Source of the DNA: a virus
Taxonomy: Duplodnaviria; Caudoviricetes
Direction: 5' to 3' (one strand)
DNA: 56,893 nucleotides
Virus record (IMG/VR): IMGVR_UViG_3300032287_003360
Location: 1-56,893 of that record
A program made the translations under genes and the position numbers. Below the pieces are notes generated by a model. The model was not told the origin of the DNA. It searched no databases and worked only from the letters and a program-made list of their open reading frames with translations. Numbering within the stretch: the stretch's first letter is position 1; the number at the start of each line of letters is the position of its first letter. Positions 32,022 to 42,900 of the stretch are shown here, piece by piece.

Positions 32022-34877
32022 GTGCTCGATCTTGCCCGCAAGTTTGCATCGCTGCATTTACCCTGGCCCGCTGATGGGCAGGATGGTTTCATCAACATTC
32101 ACTGGAGCGCGCCTGGCCAGAACGGCAGAAAGTTCTGGGATGGACGCGCTTGCAAAAACATTGACGAGTTCATTCGCACACTCGACTGGTTGAACAAAAC
32201 CGGTGAACATAAAGACATTTACATCTGTATGAGCTCTCAGCTTCGCGCTGAAGAGAAGGTGTCGAAAAAGGGCTTCAAGTACCTCAAAGCCTTGCGCGCT
32301 CGCCCTGACGTAGGCTTGCTTAAATCGCTATTTCTCGATATCGACGTCAAAGAAGGGGCGTATTCCGATACAAAAGCAGCGCTATCTGCGCTCAAGGATT
32401 TCATTACTTCAGCAGGTATCCCGCTTCCTACCGGTGTGGTGGCTTCAGGCTCCGGCGGATTTCATGCTCATTGGGCGCTAGACAAGGCGCTCCCCCGTGA
32501 TGAATGGCAGTCTCTAGCCAACGCCTTTGCCAAAGCGGCGCAGGAGCACGGGCTTCTGTTTGACTCCCAATGCACTGTGGATGCCGTGCGTATCTTGCGC
32601 ATTCCGGATACATTGAACTGGAAGTCGGATCCGCCCAAGCCGGTGAAACTGCTTTCATGCAGCCAGGAGATCTCACATGATGAGATGGTTGCATCGTTAA
32701 ACCGTTACATGGAGGTACTTCCTCCCCGGCAGGTGAGCAAGATAGCAGCCAATGACGAACTTGGCGCGGGGGTAACAACTCAAGCCCAAGAGATCGAAAT
32801 CACCGAAGTCGCCAAGCACTGTGGCTTTGTTGCAAGATCGCTCGGTACCGGGGGTGCAGAGAACGCCAACCCGCTATGGTTCATGACTGCTTCGATCGCG
32901 ACTTTTGTCGTTGAGGGCCGCGATGCGCTCCACTTGATGAGCAAGAAGCATACGGACTATGTACCCGCTAAAACCGACGAGTTGTATGACCGTGTTACTG
33001 CCCACCAGAAAGAACGAAATCTAGGCTGGCCCAAGTGCGAGAAGATCGCCGCTTACGGTTGCAAGGAATGCCAAAGTTGCCCACTGCTCGCGCAGAAAAA
33101 GAGCCCGCTCAACTTCGTACTCAAAGCCGCTGGTGACAAACCGGACCTTACACTTCCCGACCGTTACGTTCGCAATGGTGATGGGATTATCATGGTACGC
33201 ACGGTAGACGAATCAGGAACACCGATTACGTTCCCGATTTGTGCGTATCCGATGACCAACGGCTGGCTTAGCAACAACCCCTGGACGCTACACTTCACGA
33301 CCAAGCTTGACAGCGGACGCCGTCAGTTGATCGAGATACCTTGCGAAGTAATCACGGCCAAGGACAGTCTTGCCAAATATCTTGGCGGCAAGGGTTTCTT
33401 CGCTTCAGACAAGGACTACAAAATTCTCAAGGAGTTTCTCGTGGCGTGGCTAAGAAAATTGCAGATGTCTAAGGACAGCGTTATCAGCGCATCTCCGTTT
33501 GGCTGGTCTGTGGTGGACGGTAAGATCGAAGGTTTTGCTTACGGCGGGCGTGTCTGGATGAAGGGCATAGATCGCCCGGCAGCCAATCCTGATCCCGTTC
33601 TGGCGTACCAGTACTCGCCGCGAGGCAACCGCGAAGCGTGGGATAAGCTGGTTAGGATCATTTGTGACCAGCAGCGGGCGTCTCTGAACGCGGTCCTTGC
33701 ATCTGGCTTTGCTGGCCCTCTGGTGCGGTTTACAGGCCATCCTGGCTTGCTTCTCAATGCCTACAGCTCGGAGTCTGGTATCGGCAAGACAACCGCTATG
33801 AAGTGCGCGCAGTCGATCTGGGGCGATCCTATTCGTGCTATGCAGGGACTGAACGACACCTCGAACTCGGTGCTGAATAAGATGGGCCACATCAAGGCGC
33901 TGCCCATGTATTGGGATGAGATCAAGAGCGAGGCTCAGGTTAAACGCTTCTGCCAAGTGGTGTTTGACCTTACCGGTGGCCGTGAGAAGACGCGCCTTTC
34001 CGCCGACAGCACTCTCAAGATGTCTGGCACTTGGCAAACCATCATGACGTCAGCTTCGAACGACTCACTGATTGACCCCATGGCACGCGAAGTGGGTAGC
34101 ACCACGGCTGGGCTTTACCGCATGTTTGAGTATGTGGTGCCGGTTCCTACTTCGCAAAGTAACGAGCCCGGCGCGGTTCAGCGTCTTATTGGGCAGCTCG
34201 ACGACAACTTTGGGCACCCCGGCTTGGCATACGCTCAGTTTCTCGGCGCGAACCACGATCGTGTCGCCGAGGAAGTTGCCAAGATCCAGGATGAACTTGC
34301 CCGCGACAACTCTGGTAAGCAGGACGAACGGTTTTGGTTCGGGACCATGGCGGTGCTCATCAAGGGCGCTGAGTACGGCAATGAGCTGGGGCTTACTTCT
34401 ATTGACGTGCCGGACCTCAGAGATTTTCTTATAGGTGTGCTGGCTGACATGCGTAAGCAGGTAGCAGCTACGCCCAGTGACGTCACCACTGACATGAATG
34501 CCAGCGCTATTCTTGCCGAGTTCCTGAACGTACACCGTTCGCGTAACACCATCGTCACCAACCGCATTCACGTCTCTAAGGGCAAACCTCCCGTGGGGTC
34601 GATCAAGGTGCTCAGCGACATCTCCAAACTTGCCGAGTTGCGCATTCAGATCGGCAAAGACGACAAACTGATCAGGGTCTCTTCAACATACTTCACGAGC
34701 TGGATTGGGAAGGCTGGGCATTCGAGGGTTGCTTGGACCAAAAAGATGGAGGCAGAGTTTGGTCTGCGCCTTGTCAACGGGCGCCTCGGCGGTGGCACTG
34801 ATCTTGCTGCCACTGCAACAGAGCTTCTCCTGGAGCTCGATATGAACCACCCCAAACTTAGTCAGTACGTGGAATAA
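32022..34877 (+). CDS. Primase-helicase (AEP/RepB-like primase + DUF927 helicase)
   Basis: FLDID, SGSGGFHAHW, RILRIP, Cys cluster, Walker A SGIGKT, WDE; GTG start after GGAG. Confidence 0.85.
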   Translation: MLDLARKFASLHLPWPADGQDGFINIHWSAPGQNGRKFWDGRACKNIDEFIRTLDWLNKTGEHKDIYICMSSQLRAEEKVSKKGFKYLKALRARPDVGLLKSLFLDIDVKEGAYSDTKAALSALKDFITSAGIPLPTGVVASGSGGFHAHWALDKALPRDEWQSLANAFAKAAQEHGLLFDSQCTVDAVRILRIPDTLNWKSDPPKPVKLLSCSQEISHDEMVASLNRYMEVLPPRQVSKIAANDELGAGVTTQAQEIEITEVAKHCGFVARSLGTGGAENANPLWFMTASIATFVVEGRDALHLMSKKHTDYVPAKTDELYDRVTAHQKERNLGWPKCEKIAAYGCKECQSCPLLAQKKSPLNFVLKAAGDKPDLTLPDRYVRNGDGIIMVRTVDESGTPITFPICAYPMTNGWLSNNPWTLHFTTKLDSGRRQLIEIPCEVITAKDSLAKYLGGKGFFASDKDYKILKEFLVAWLRKLQMSKDSVISASPFGWSVVDGKIEGFAYGGRVWMKGIDRPAANPDPVLAYQYSPRGNREAWDKLVRIICDQQRASLNAVLASGFAGPLVRFTGHPGLLLNAYSSESGIGKTTAMKCAQSIWGDPIRAMQGLNDTSNSVLNKMGHIKALPMYWDEIKSEAQVKRFCQVVFDLTGGREKTRLSADSTLKMSGTWQTIMTSASNDSLIDPMAREVGSTTAGLYRMFEYVVPVPTSQSNEPGAVQRLIGQLDDNFGHPGLAYAQFLGANHDRVAEEVAKIQDELARDNSGKQDERFWFGTMAVLIKGAEYGNELGLTSIDVPDLRDFLIGVLADMRKQVAATPSDVTTDMNASAILAEFLNVHRSRNTIVTNRIHVSKGKPPVGSIKVLSDISKLAELRIQIGKDDKLIRVSSTYFTSWIGKAGHSRVAWTKKMEAEFGLRLVNGRLGGGTDLAATATELLLELDMNHPKLSQYVE

Positions 34878-34879
34878 TC

Positions 34880-35110
34880 ATGAGTGGCATGCACAAACGA
34901 TTACGTGGATTTTTTGATGTGCTCAGAAAATTACCTGTCGAAGTAACCGAGTACAAGCCTACAGGGTCAAGCCATTACAAAATTCGCCTTTCGTGTATGG
35001 GTCAGCAGAAACTGTTCGTTGCGGCTGGATCGCCGTCGGATTGCCGAGCTATCAAAAACTTCAAGGGCGATGTCGCTCGATGGGTACGTCAAGTAAAGGA
35101 GAAATCATGA
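34880..35110 (+). CDS. Hypothetical protein (HicA-like pattern)
   Basis: GSSHYK...SPSD.RA.KN. Confidence 0.55.
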   Translation: MSGMHKRLRGFFDVLRKLPVEVTEYKPTGSSHYKIRLSCMGQQKLFVAAGSPSDCRAIKNFKGDVARWVRQVKEKS

Positions 35111-35526
35111 TGACTGACGTCGTGGAACGGTTAAATAGCCTATTGGTTTTAAGGTGTTTACTTGTAAAGGAACATGTGATTGCCGCAGATGCTAAAACAG
35201 AAATCGAGAAGCTGCGCGCTGAAAACAAGCAGCTTCGGGAGGATTTAGATACTTGGAAAAGCGTCTTTCCGGACGTTGCGCCAGAGTCGGTGCTTCCTGA
35301 TCGCTCGAAGATTGAGGAAGAAAACAAGAAGTTACGCGCCAAAAATAAGCGACTTCAGGCGGCGCTGGAGCCATTTGCAAAAAGCGCGAATGCCTTTGAC
35401 CAACTAAAGCACTTCAAGCCAGAGGAATGCTTTGTTTATGGAGGTCAGAGCCGACCAGATGGAAACGTTGGCGCAATCACAGTTGGCGACCTGAGACGCG
35501 CCCGCGCCGCACTGGAGGGGAGGTGA
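35107..35526 (+). CDS. Coiled-coil hypothetical protein
   Basis: ATGA overlap, AAGGAG RBS. Confidence 0.7.
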   Translation: MMTDVVERLNSLLVLRCLLVKEHVIAADAKTEIEKLRAENKQLREDLDTWKSVFPDVAPESVLPDRSKIEEENKKLRAKNKRLQAALEPFAKSANAFDQLKHFKPEECFVYGGQSRPDGNVGAITVGDLRRARAALEGR

Positions 35527-35762
35527 TGCGCATGAAAGTAGGCGATTTCTACCCTGTGTGGTGGGATACTGGACTCCCGAAACAGGGTAATTACTATCCT
35601 GGCAGGATACGTGAGATACACTCGTATCATGGAAAGTATCCTGAGTTTTTTACCCATGTTATTTACGTGGAAACACCACGCTCAATGCGTGGGCATCCGC
35701 TCGCTATCAAAGTAACCGAAAAGGAAAACGATGCTCGCGCTGCATTGGAGGGAAAGCTGTGA
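35526..35762 (+). CDS. Hypothetical protein
   Basis: GGAGG RBS, coupled to neighbours. Confidence 0.65.
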   Translation: MRMKVGDFYPVWWDTGLPKQGNYYPGRIREIHSYHGKYPEFFTHVIYVETPRSMRGHPLAIKVTEKENDARAALEGKL

Positions 35763-36073
35763 GTGACATTGTGCAAAGATACTTAGACTCCAAAAAAAGA
35801 AACTGCCCATGTCCTTTTCCTGTTGTTACTCTTAAAGGGCAATATTGTGTACCGCGTTACCTTCTGTCCTTTCATGACCTAGATAATTTGGTTAACCAGA
35901 TTTTGGTCCTACGCGCTGAAAACGAGCGACTGCGGACAGCGCTGCGCGATGCTTATGAGGTCTACGCCGGAAGCGATGGCTTCATTCCAGAAACCGCAGC
36001 CGAGGGTTATCTGCAACACATCATCAAGCAAATGGTAGATTGCATCAACACCGGACTGGAGAAGAAGCTATGA
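35759..36073 (+). CDS. Hypothetical protein
   Basis: 104 aa, GTGA overlap. Confidence 0.65.
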   Translation: MSDIVQRYLDSKKRNCPCPFPVVTLKGQYCVPRYLLSFHDLDNLVNQILVLRAENERLRTALRDAYEVYAGSDGFIPETAAEGYLQHIIKQMVDCINTGLEKKL

Positions 36074-36366
36074 GCTATTATAGAAAAAAGCCTGTAACAA
36101 TCAAGGCAGTGCAATGGACTGGCAATATGGAACCTGTTGTTTCACTTGTCGGGCACGAGTTGCCGACCTACGGCGAGGGCCGCGAAGGCTCGCTTCGCAT
36201 CCGCACGCTTGAGGGCGATCACGAATGTCGCATGGGCGACTGGATCATCAAAGGCGTTCGTGGCGAATTTTACCCCTGCAAGCCTGATATTTTCGCGGCG
36301 ACTTATGAGCCGGTTTCGGGGCTCCAAAACTTCAAATTCAGTGATTTTATGGAGGGAATATCGTGA
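36070..36366 (+). CDS. Conserved phage protein
   Basis: YRKKPVTIKAVQW...TLEG...GDWIIKG..GEFYPCKPDIF. Confidence 0.8.
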   Translation: MSYYRKKPVTIKAVQWTGNMEPVVSLVGHELPTYGEGREGSLRIRTLEGDHECRMGDWIIKGVRGEFYPCKPDIFAATYEPVSGLQNFKFSDFMEGIS

Positions 36367-36566
36367 TCGACCCGAAGCAGATACCAGAAGAAGTAATAAG
36401 GGCAGTGGATCGCGCATTGGCCGAACTGCTGACTGATGAAATAATAAGGAAAGCGTGGGCTGCTGGCATCAATGCTTGGCCAGATATGCACGTATGGGAC
36501 GCAAAACAAGTGTGGCATCACCCCTCTATTGTGCTCCCGCTGCCAGCGCCGCAGGAGAAGCAATGA
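36363..36566 (+). CDS. Hypothetical protein
   Basis: 67 aa, coupled to neighbours. Confidence 0.65.
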   Translation: MIDPKQIPEEVIRAVDRALAELLTDEIIRKAWAAGINAWPDMHVWDAKQVWHHPSIVLPLPAPQEKQ

Positions 36567-36676
36567 CCCGCGATCAAATCGCGACGTTGGAGAGCATGGG
36601 ATACCATTTTGCCGACGTCGGCAAAATGGTTGCTCCGCCCGCCGATACGACACCAGCGCTGGAGGAGAAGCCATGA
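36563..36676 (+). CDS. Small hypothetical protein
   Basis: 37 aa, AGGAG RBS, ATGA overlap. Confidence 0.45.
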   Translation: MTRDQIATLESMGYHFADVGKMVAPPADTTPALEEKP

Positions 36677-36704
36677 TTGATCCTGTGGCGGTGTTCGATG
36701 AACG

Positions 36705-36944
36705 TCACATACCTTTACGCCAAGCGCGGTTCTTACTACGCGAAGTAACCTCAAGGTTGGAGCGAGCGTTGGACCCTCCTGCCCTCAGCGGAGTCTTGTG
36801 GTTGACTTCTTTACCATCACCTTTTTTGACCCGGCCTTCAGACTTGAGCTCATTGCGCGCAGCGTTCCGCAAGGCGCGCTTTTTCTTTTGCTCTGGCTTG
36901 GCATGGTAGGTGTCATATTCTTCGCGGTAGTTGCGGTTGCGCAT
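36705..36944 (-). CDS. Small HNH-like protein
   Basis: EVNHKTPL..GGSN...NL......NR. Confidence 0.75.
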   Translation of the reverse strand: MRNRNYREEYDTYHAKPEQKKKRALRNAARNELKSEGRVKKGDGKEVNHKTPLRAGGSNARSNLEVTSRSKNRAWRKGM

Positions 36945-36968
36945 AGCGAGTTGATCCTTGATACAGTG

Positions 36969-39900
36969 CTATTTTCTCTGGTCTTTGAACCAGTATTTGC
37001 GAATTTGCGCCGCGTTGACGGGGCGAGCGTTGGGATTTTTCCGCCTGAGTTCAGCGTTGTACTGTCTGATGGCCGCAATCGCTTTAAGCTCGGCAGCGCG
37101 GTCACGGCGATCGAGAGCCGCGCGCAAGTCGTTGGTAAGCGACTTTTCCGTAGCCTTCCGTTGATCCCCCTGGCGCTTGAACGCCCCGCGCTCGCGACCT
37201 GTCTCTGCCCGCTCAAGAGTCCGAAGCCCAAACACCTGAGCAGCAGCGCCAGCAGGACCGACGTTCCCGCTCTTGTAGTTGTTGTAGGCCGACACCGAGT
37301 CGGCAATAAGCTTGTTGGGGATAAGCTTCTGAATTGCTTTTTCGCGTGCATCAGCCGAGTCGGCTTTGACGAGCTCCCGAGTACCCGTGATCCAGTCAAC
37401 TACCGTACCACCCGGCGCGCCACCAATCGTGCGCCCTGCATAGGCCATGAGCCCATCAGCGTCGAAGCTCTTTGGTGGCAAGCCTGTGATCATGTCGGCA
37501 AGACTCAAGCGACTGGCAAAATCCAGCCCGGTTACCGTGGAAAGTAACCCGTTGTTGATAACCGAACCTAGCGTCTTGCCAGCCGCATCTTCGATCATCT
37601 TCCTAAGAGTATACTCTTCGTCATCCCAGCCTTCGCCGCCAGCGAGCATAGACACAGCCATAAAGCCCAGCTTGAAGATCTCAAGTCCAGGCAAGCCCCA
37701 AGTGCCCGCAAGTAAAGCCTGAGTAGAAACAAGGTGCATAAGCTGCTTGCGAGCGATGACACGTTCAGCAGGATCCGCGTCCTTAAATGCCCGTACCGTC
37801 ATGTCGCTCATAAGCTGATACTGAAGCAACGCGTACTTTTTGAACTGAAGCATCCAGCCGAGGCCAGGAGCTTTCATCCAGTTGGGTGCGTTACTTGCGC
37901 GGTAATCGCCTTGCGTGTTGGAAACTGTATTGTATGCTTCCTGAATCGCATCCTGCTTTGACTTCTTGGCTTGAAGCGCAAGGTCGTAAGTCGCCACTGC
38001 CGTGATGGCACGGTTGAGAACTTCAACGCTATTAGGAAGCTGCCGCCCAATGCGGTCTACTTTGTGCAGTGTACGGCCCCATGCGCCGCGTCCTTGCTCA
38101 ATAACAGATCCGATCTCAAGCCCCGTGTCTACGCTCAAAAGCCCGCGCTCGACGAACTCGTCAATAAGCGCTTCGTATTCTTTGCCGAGGTTCTTGCGCA
38201 GCGAGCCTATGAGATCGCTCGTATCGATCATGCTTTTGTTAAACTGTGTGGTAGCCTTCACCGTGTTCCCAGCGCCAGAGGCAACGGTATCGCGCAAACC
38301 TACTTTCTGGTAGGCTTTACCCATCGCTTTGACGGTTTCATCCCAACCATAGCGCCCAGCCAGCACCGGCCATGTCGTGGTCAGCGGCTGCATAGAGTTG
38401 ATAAGCGAGTATGCAGGCGAGAACAACTTGTCGAAGTAAGACAGTGTCGCGATGTCACGCGTCCACTTCATAGGCTTATTGGGGTTTTCGATGTTCGCTT
38501 CACGAGCGCGCATCTCGTTCATCACGTCAGTGATGACTGCTTCGTTGTTCGTGTTCTTTGATGCCTTTTCTACTTCCACCATCTGCTGCATGGCTTTGCG
38601 CATCTCAGGCGCGGTGCGCAGCGTGGCGTGGTAATTGCCAGCGGCGCGAGCAAACGTGAACGCAGCGCGTGCAGTGTCCTGCGAAGCACCTATCACATTC
38701 CTACGAGCCAGGTACCGCTTCTGAGCACGATTGCCACTCATCTGTGCGATTACGGCGTTTTCAACCAGGTTTACCATCCTCTGGCGCAATTCGCCTTTTT
38801 CGCTGCCGCCGATGTGGTTAACAATCGCCGCAAGCTGAGACGCGCTGATTGAGTCCTCGCCCGCATACTGACGGCGGGTCTTTACTTGCGAAGTAATATG
38901 TGAGTCGCTCTGCTTCCGGAACTCTTCAGCTTCCTTGGCGCTCTCAAAGAAATGCACGCCTTCGGTCTGAAAGCTGGCTTCGTACACCGTGTCATATTCG
39001 CGATCTACAAGTTGCTCGCCATTGGAAACAAGCTTACCTGTCTGCCTGTCGCGGTACATTGTTGCGATGTTCTGAAGCGTGAGCTCGTGGCTTGCCGCGT
39101 ATTCGCGAAGCGCGCGCTTGGCAGCAGTCTGAGACCCACGAATTGTTGGATCTACTTGCACCCGAAGTATGTTGCCTTCAATCTCAGTCGACACCGGCAA
39201 ATCTTTGGACGTTGTAACCGTCTTACCGTTTTTCTCGCGGGTTACTTTGAGAGGTACCGTTTTCCAACCGGGATCGGTAAGCTTCTCAGTAGTGGTCACG
39301 ACGTAGTCGCCGTAGCGCATCATGGGAAAGTAATCCCCCTTGAGTACTTTCAGCTCGGCGGCGCGCTCCAAAGCACGAAACACAGTGTTGTTATTGATAA
39401 GCTTGGCATCGTCTTCAGTAAGGCGTCCTTCAACTACACGCTTCAGCATATCCATAAGATCAGAGTTGGAGAGCTTCGTATCCAACTGTGACAAGATGTT
39501 ATATGCCAAGGCTTCGACGTTGGCGTTGTGCGCTTCGCGGTAGAGCTTGGTCAGACGGCTGTAGAGCTCGCGGCCTTCCTCCGAAAGATTATTTTCAAAG
39601 CGCGCGTTGAGCTTGTCCAGTGCTTTCTTGCCCTGAAGTCCTTTTGTTGCATTCTTGCCAAGATGCGAGTTATCCTGGCTTTTGCCAAGCTTCACATTCA
39701 GGCGACTAGCGTCGACCGCAAGCTGGGCAAACTCAAGAGCTTCTTCGGGGTTCTTCTTAGCAAACGCTTCAAACTCTACGCCAGCGCGTTCCAAAGGCTC
39801 AGCAAATTCGTCCACGATGTTATCGCGGCGCTGCACAGCCTTGACGAACCGATCCAATGGGTTGCCGTCTTTGGTCCCGAATAGCTTGCCAAACTTCTGA

Positions 39901-42900
39901 CGCATGAAATCCAGCGTCATGGTTTTCAGCGCTGCACTACGGAAAAACCGGGCAACACGGCTTTCGCCTTTACCTTTGAAGGCAGGAGCTTCGGGCCGCT
40001 TGGGGACACTAGGACCCATACCTGGAGAAGGAGGCTCTTTGTACGGCGGCACCACACCGGTATCAGCCTGGTTACTTTCTGAAGTATCCTTTTTGCCGAA
40101 CGTTTTTATGGCTTCTTCGATAAGGTATGGTACTGTCTCGGGGTCGACGCTCTTACCAACCTCAGCTTTCAAGTAGTCATTGATCTCTTTGGCTTGAGCC
40201 TGAGATACGCCGCCGTCGCGCAGCATTGTCCAGTAAGACTGCTTTTTCTGCTCTGGCTGACTCCGAAACGCTTGCGCGACTGCGCCCAGATCAGCATCGC
40301 TGATTCCGCCTTTGAAATTCTCAGCGATAATTTTGGCTGCGTTGCGCGCTGTCTTGGGCTCAAGGCCGCGCTTGATAAGCTCGCCGACATTGGGGTTTTT
40401 AGCCTTGGCGTAGCGCACTTCCGACATAGGACCGGGAGCAACCGCCGTGTCGCCTTTACGCTTACGAATTTCAGTACCCAGCTTATCGAGGCGACCACCG
40501 ATTTCCATGATGGCATCGAGAACAGAGTATCCATCACCGTCGCCAAAAAGCGCTTTGTTGATGGACAGCACCACATCGCGAACCATGCTGCGCAGCGCGC
40601 CCCAGACAGTCTTGTCGGCTTCTTTATCGAGCCTAAGAAGCGCTGCAACTTCATCAGGGATCGGAGTATCGCGCAGAATCTCTTGAAACTCAGGTTCACT
40701 TAGCGCCTCCGAGAGGAACTCGTGCGGATCGACGCGCCCGGTCCTCTTGTCGATAGTCAAGCCATAGTGTTCGTTGGCAGCTTCTTCAGTAACAAACGAC
40801 CCACGGACATAGTCACCAAGCGACGTCACCAGTTCATGCAGCTCAGGGTCGTTTACAAGAGCAGCAGAGAACAGTGCGTGCAAGCCCTCATGTGCAACAA
40901 GATGAGCGCGCGGGCGACCATCTACAGCGTATTTGGTACTGATGGCAATGTAGCCGCTCTTACCAAAGCGAGAAGGCCTGGGGTCAAAATAAGCAGCAGC
41001 GCCGTTGTTCGTAATACGCATCATCTCTGAGTGCGGGATGATAATGATCGGCAGGTCAGGGATAGCTTCTTTGAGGCGACCAAGAATTGCACTGATGACT
41101 TTTTGGGTATTCTTGTCACCAAACAGTTTGATGCTGCCAGGGTCCAGCCGATCCATTGCTTCCGCTACCGTCATCTTTTCAGAGATAATGCGCGGCGTTG
41201 CGTCCAGGACTACGTTGCCTTTGTCCGAACGAACGGTAGTATCCTGTTTCAGTGCCAGCTTAGGGCGATCTGAAGCATTCGAAGCAGCCTTTGCAGCGCC
41301 GGTCAGCGCCTTGGCTGCGGCAGTAGCCTTCGTTTTATCTTCTGCCGAGAGCTCAATCTTCTTGCGCCCTTTGCCGACTTTCTCGACAACTTTGGCTGTC
41401 TTATTGCCAGATACTGCCGTGTAGCCAGGGTTACTCTCAGAAGTAACTTGCTGGCGCTTACCAGAAACCGGTGCCTGATCTGCTACTTCGTCGTTAGCAA
41501 CCGCCTGGGCGTCCTCGTCGCCCTCTTGACGGGCAATAAGGTTATCTTCCGGCGTCATGTTGTTAGCCGGGATATCTTCGATAATATCGTCGGTTTCACC
41601 GGTCTTGCTGGTCTTGGTCGCTTTCGCCATGCTGGCGATATCGCCTTCGACGCCGCGAGCTTCAAGGTAATCCTTGACCATGCCCGCGCGCAGTAACGCT
41701 TCCGCAGACCGAAAGTTGTCAAAATCTTCGAGCGTAGGGTTCTTTCTGCCCGCCAGCTTGCGAGCTTCCCACAAGATCATCTGGGCAGCATTCGGAGCAA
41801 GAGTTGGATCAGCCGACGGCTTGAGGCGATCGAACAATACCTTGCCACTCCTGTCAGGAGCAAGGCGGCTACCAGTCTTTTCCGCCATCTGCTTGACGCG
41901 AGCCAGAATCGAGTTCCTCGCCACATCACCCTGCGGGCCGTTGCTGCGGTACTTATCCTCGCGCTCGTTGGTAGTGTGCTCGTCAATAATTTCGTCGGCT
42001 ACGCGCTTGTTGTTTACGCGGCGCGCAGTTTCTGCTTTGCCTTCTTTTGATGCACGGTCAAGAGTTTCTTCTTCAACCTGACCGGAAGCCGCACGCTCTT
42101 GTTCCGCTTCTTGACGGGCTTCAGCTTCCCTCAGACTGGCTTCAGCCTTTTCCTGTTGCTCACGCTGTCCAATTGCATTCTCGGCTTCTTGCCGAATAGC
42201 CTCGTCTGTTACTGACTTGAGTATGCGCGGTTTGCCGGTCTCTGGAGAAGCAACAGTTTCTTCTTGCGCCTTCTGGCGCTGCTCTTCTACATAAGCGTTA
42301 ATACGCGCCTGGCGCTCGGCTTTCTGTTGCGCGACAAGATCCTCGGCGGCGGGGCCTTCCTTCGCTTTAGATGCCTCAGCAGCCTTCTGTGTTTTGGGCG
42401 GTAGCTTAGCAACGCGCTCAGCACGATCGGCAGCAGCTTTCTCTGCTGCTTTGGTACGCAGACCCTGAATCTCAGTCCATGCCTTCGTCAGGGCCTGCTC
42501 GCGCTCAGCAGGGTCCATGTACTCCAGGCGCTCGCCCGTATCACGCTGCACCTTCGCGCGCAGATCAGCAGCCATGCGATCGCGAGCTTTTGGTTTCATT
42601 GTGTCGTACTGCTCAGCAGGAATACCTGCATCAAGCAGTACGTCCCGCCGTGTTACGGTGCGGTACTTGCGTTTTTCGGGTGCAGCAGGCGCTTCAGCCG
42701 GTGCGACAGGACTTTCCTGCTCGGCTGAAGGGAGGACGTCTGGAACAGCCTCAACAGGGCTAAAAGGGGCCTCTACAGGGGCAACATTGGTAGGAGCAGC
42801 CTCAGTAGGGTCAGGTTCTTCAAGCCTCTGTAGGGCTTCCGCTGGGGCGCTGGGAGCCTGTGTAGCTTCGGGGGTAGGAGCAGGAGCAGGAGCAGAAGTG

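Noticed and set aside
35107-36676. Shared C-termini (AALEG, LEK, LEE) as a paralog family
   Set aside because: Explained by overlap with the next gene's GGAG(G) RBS
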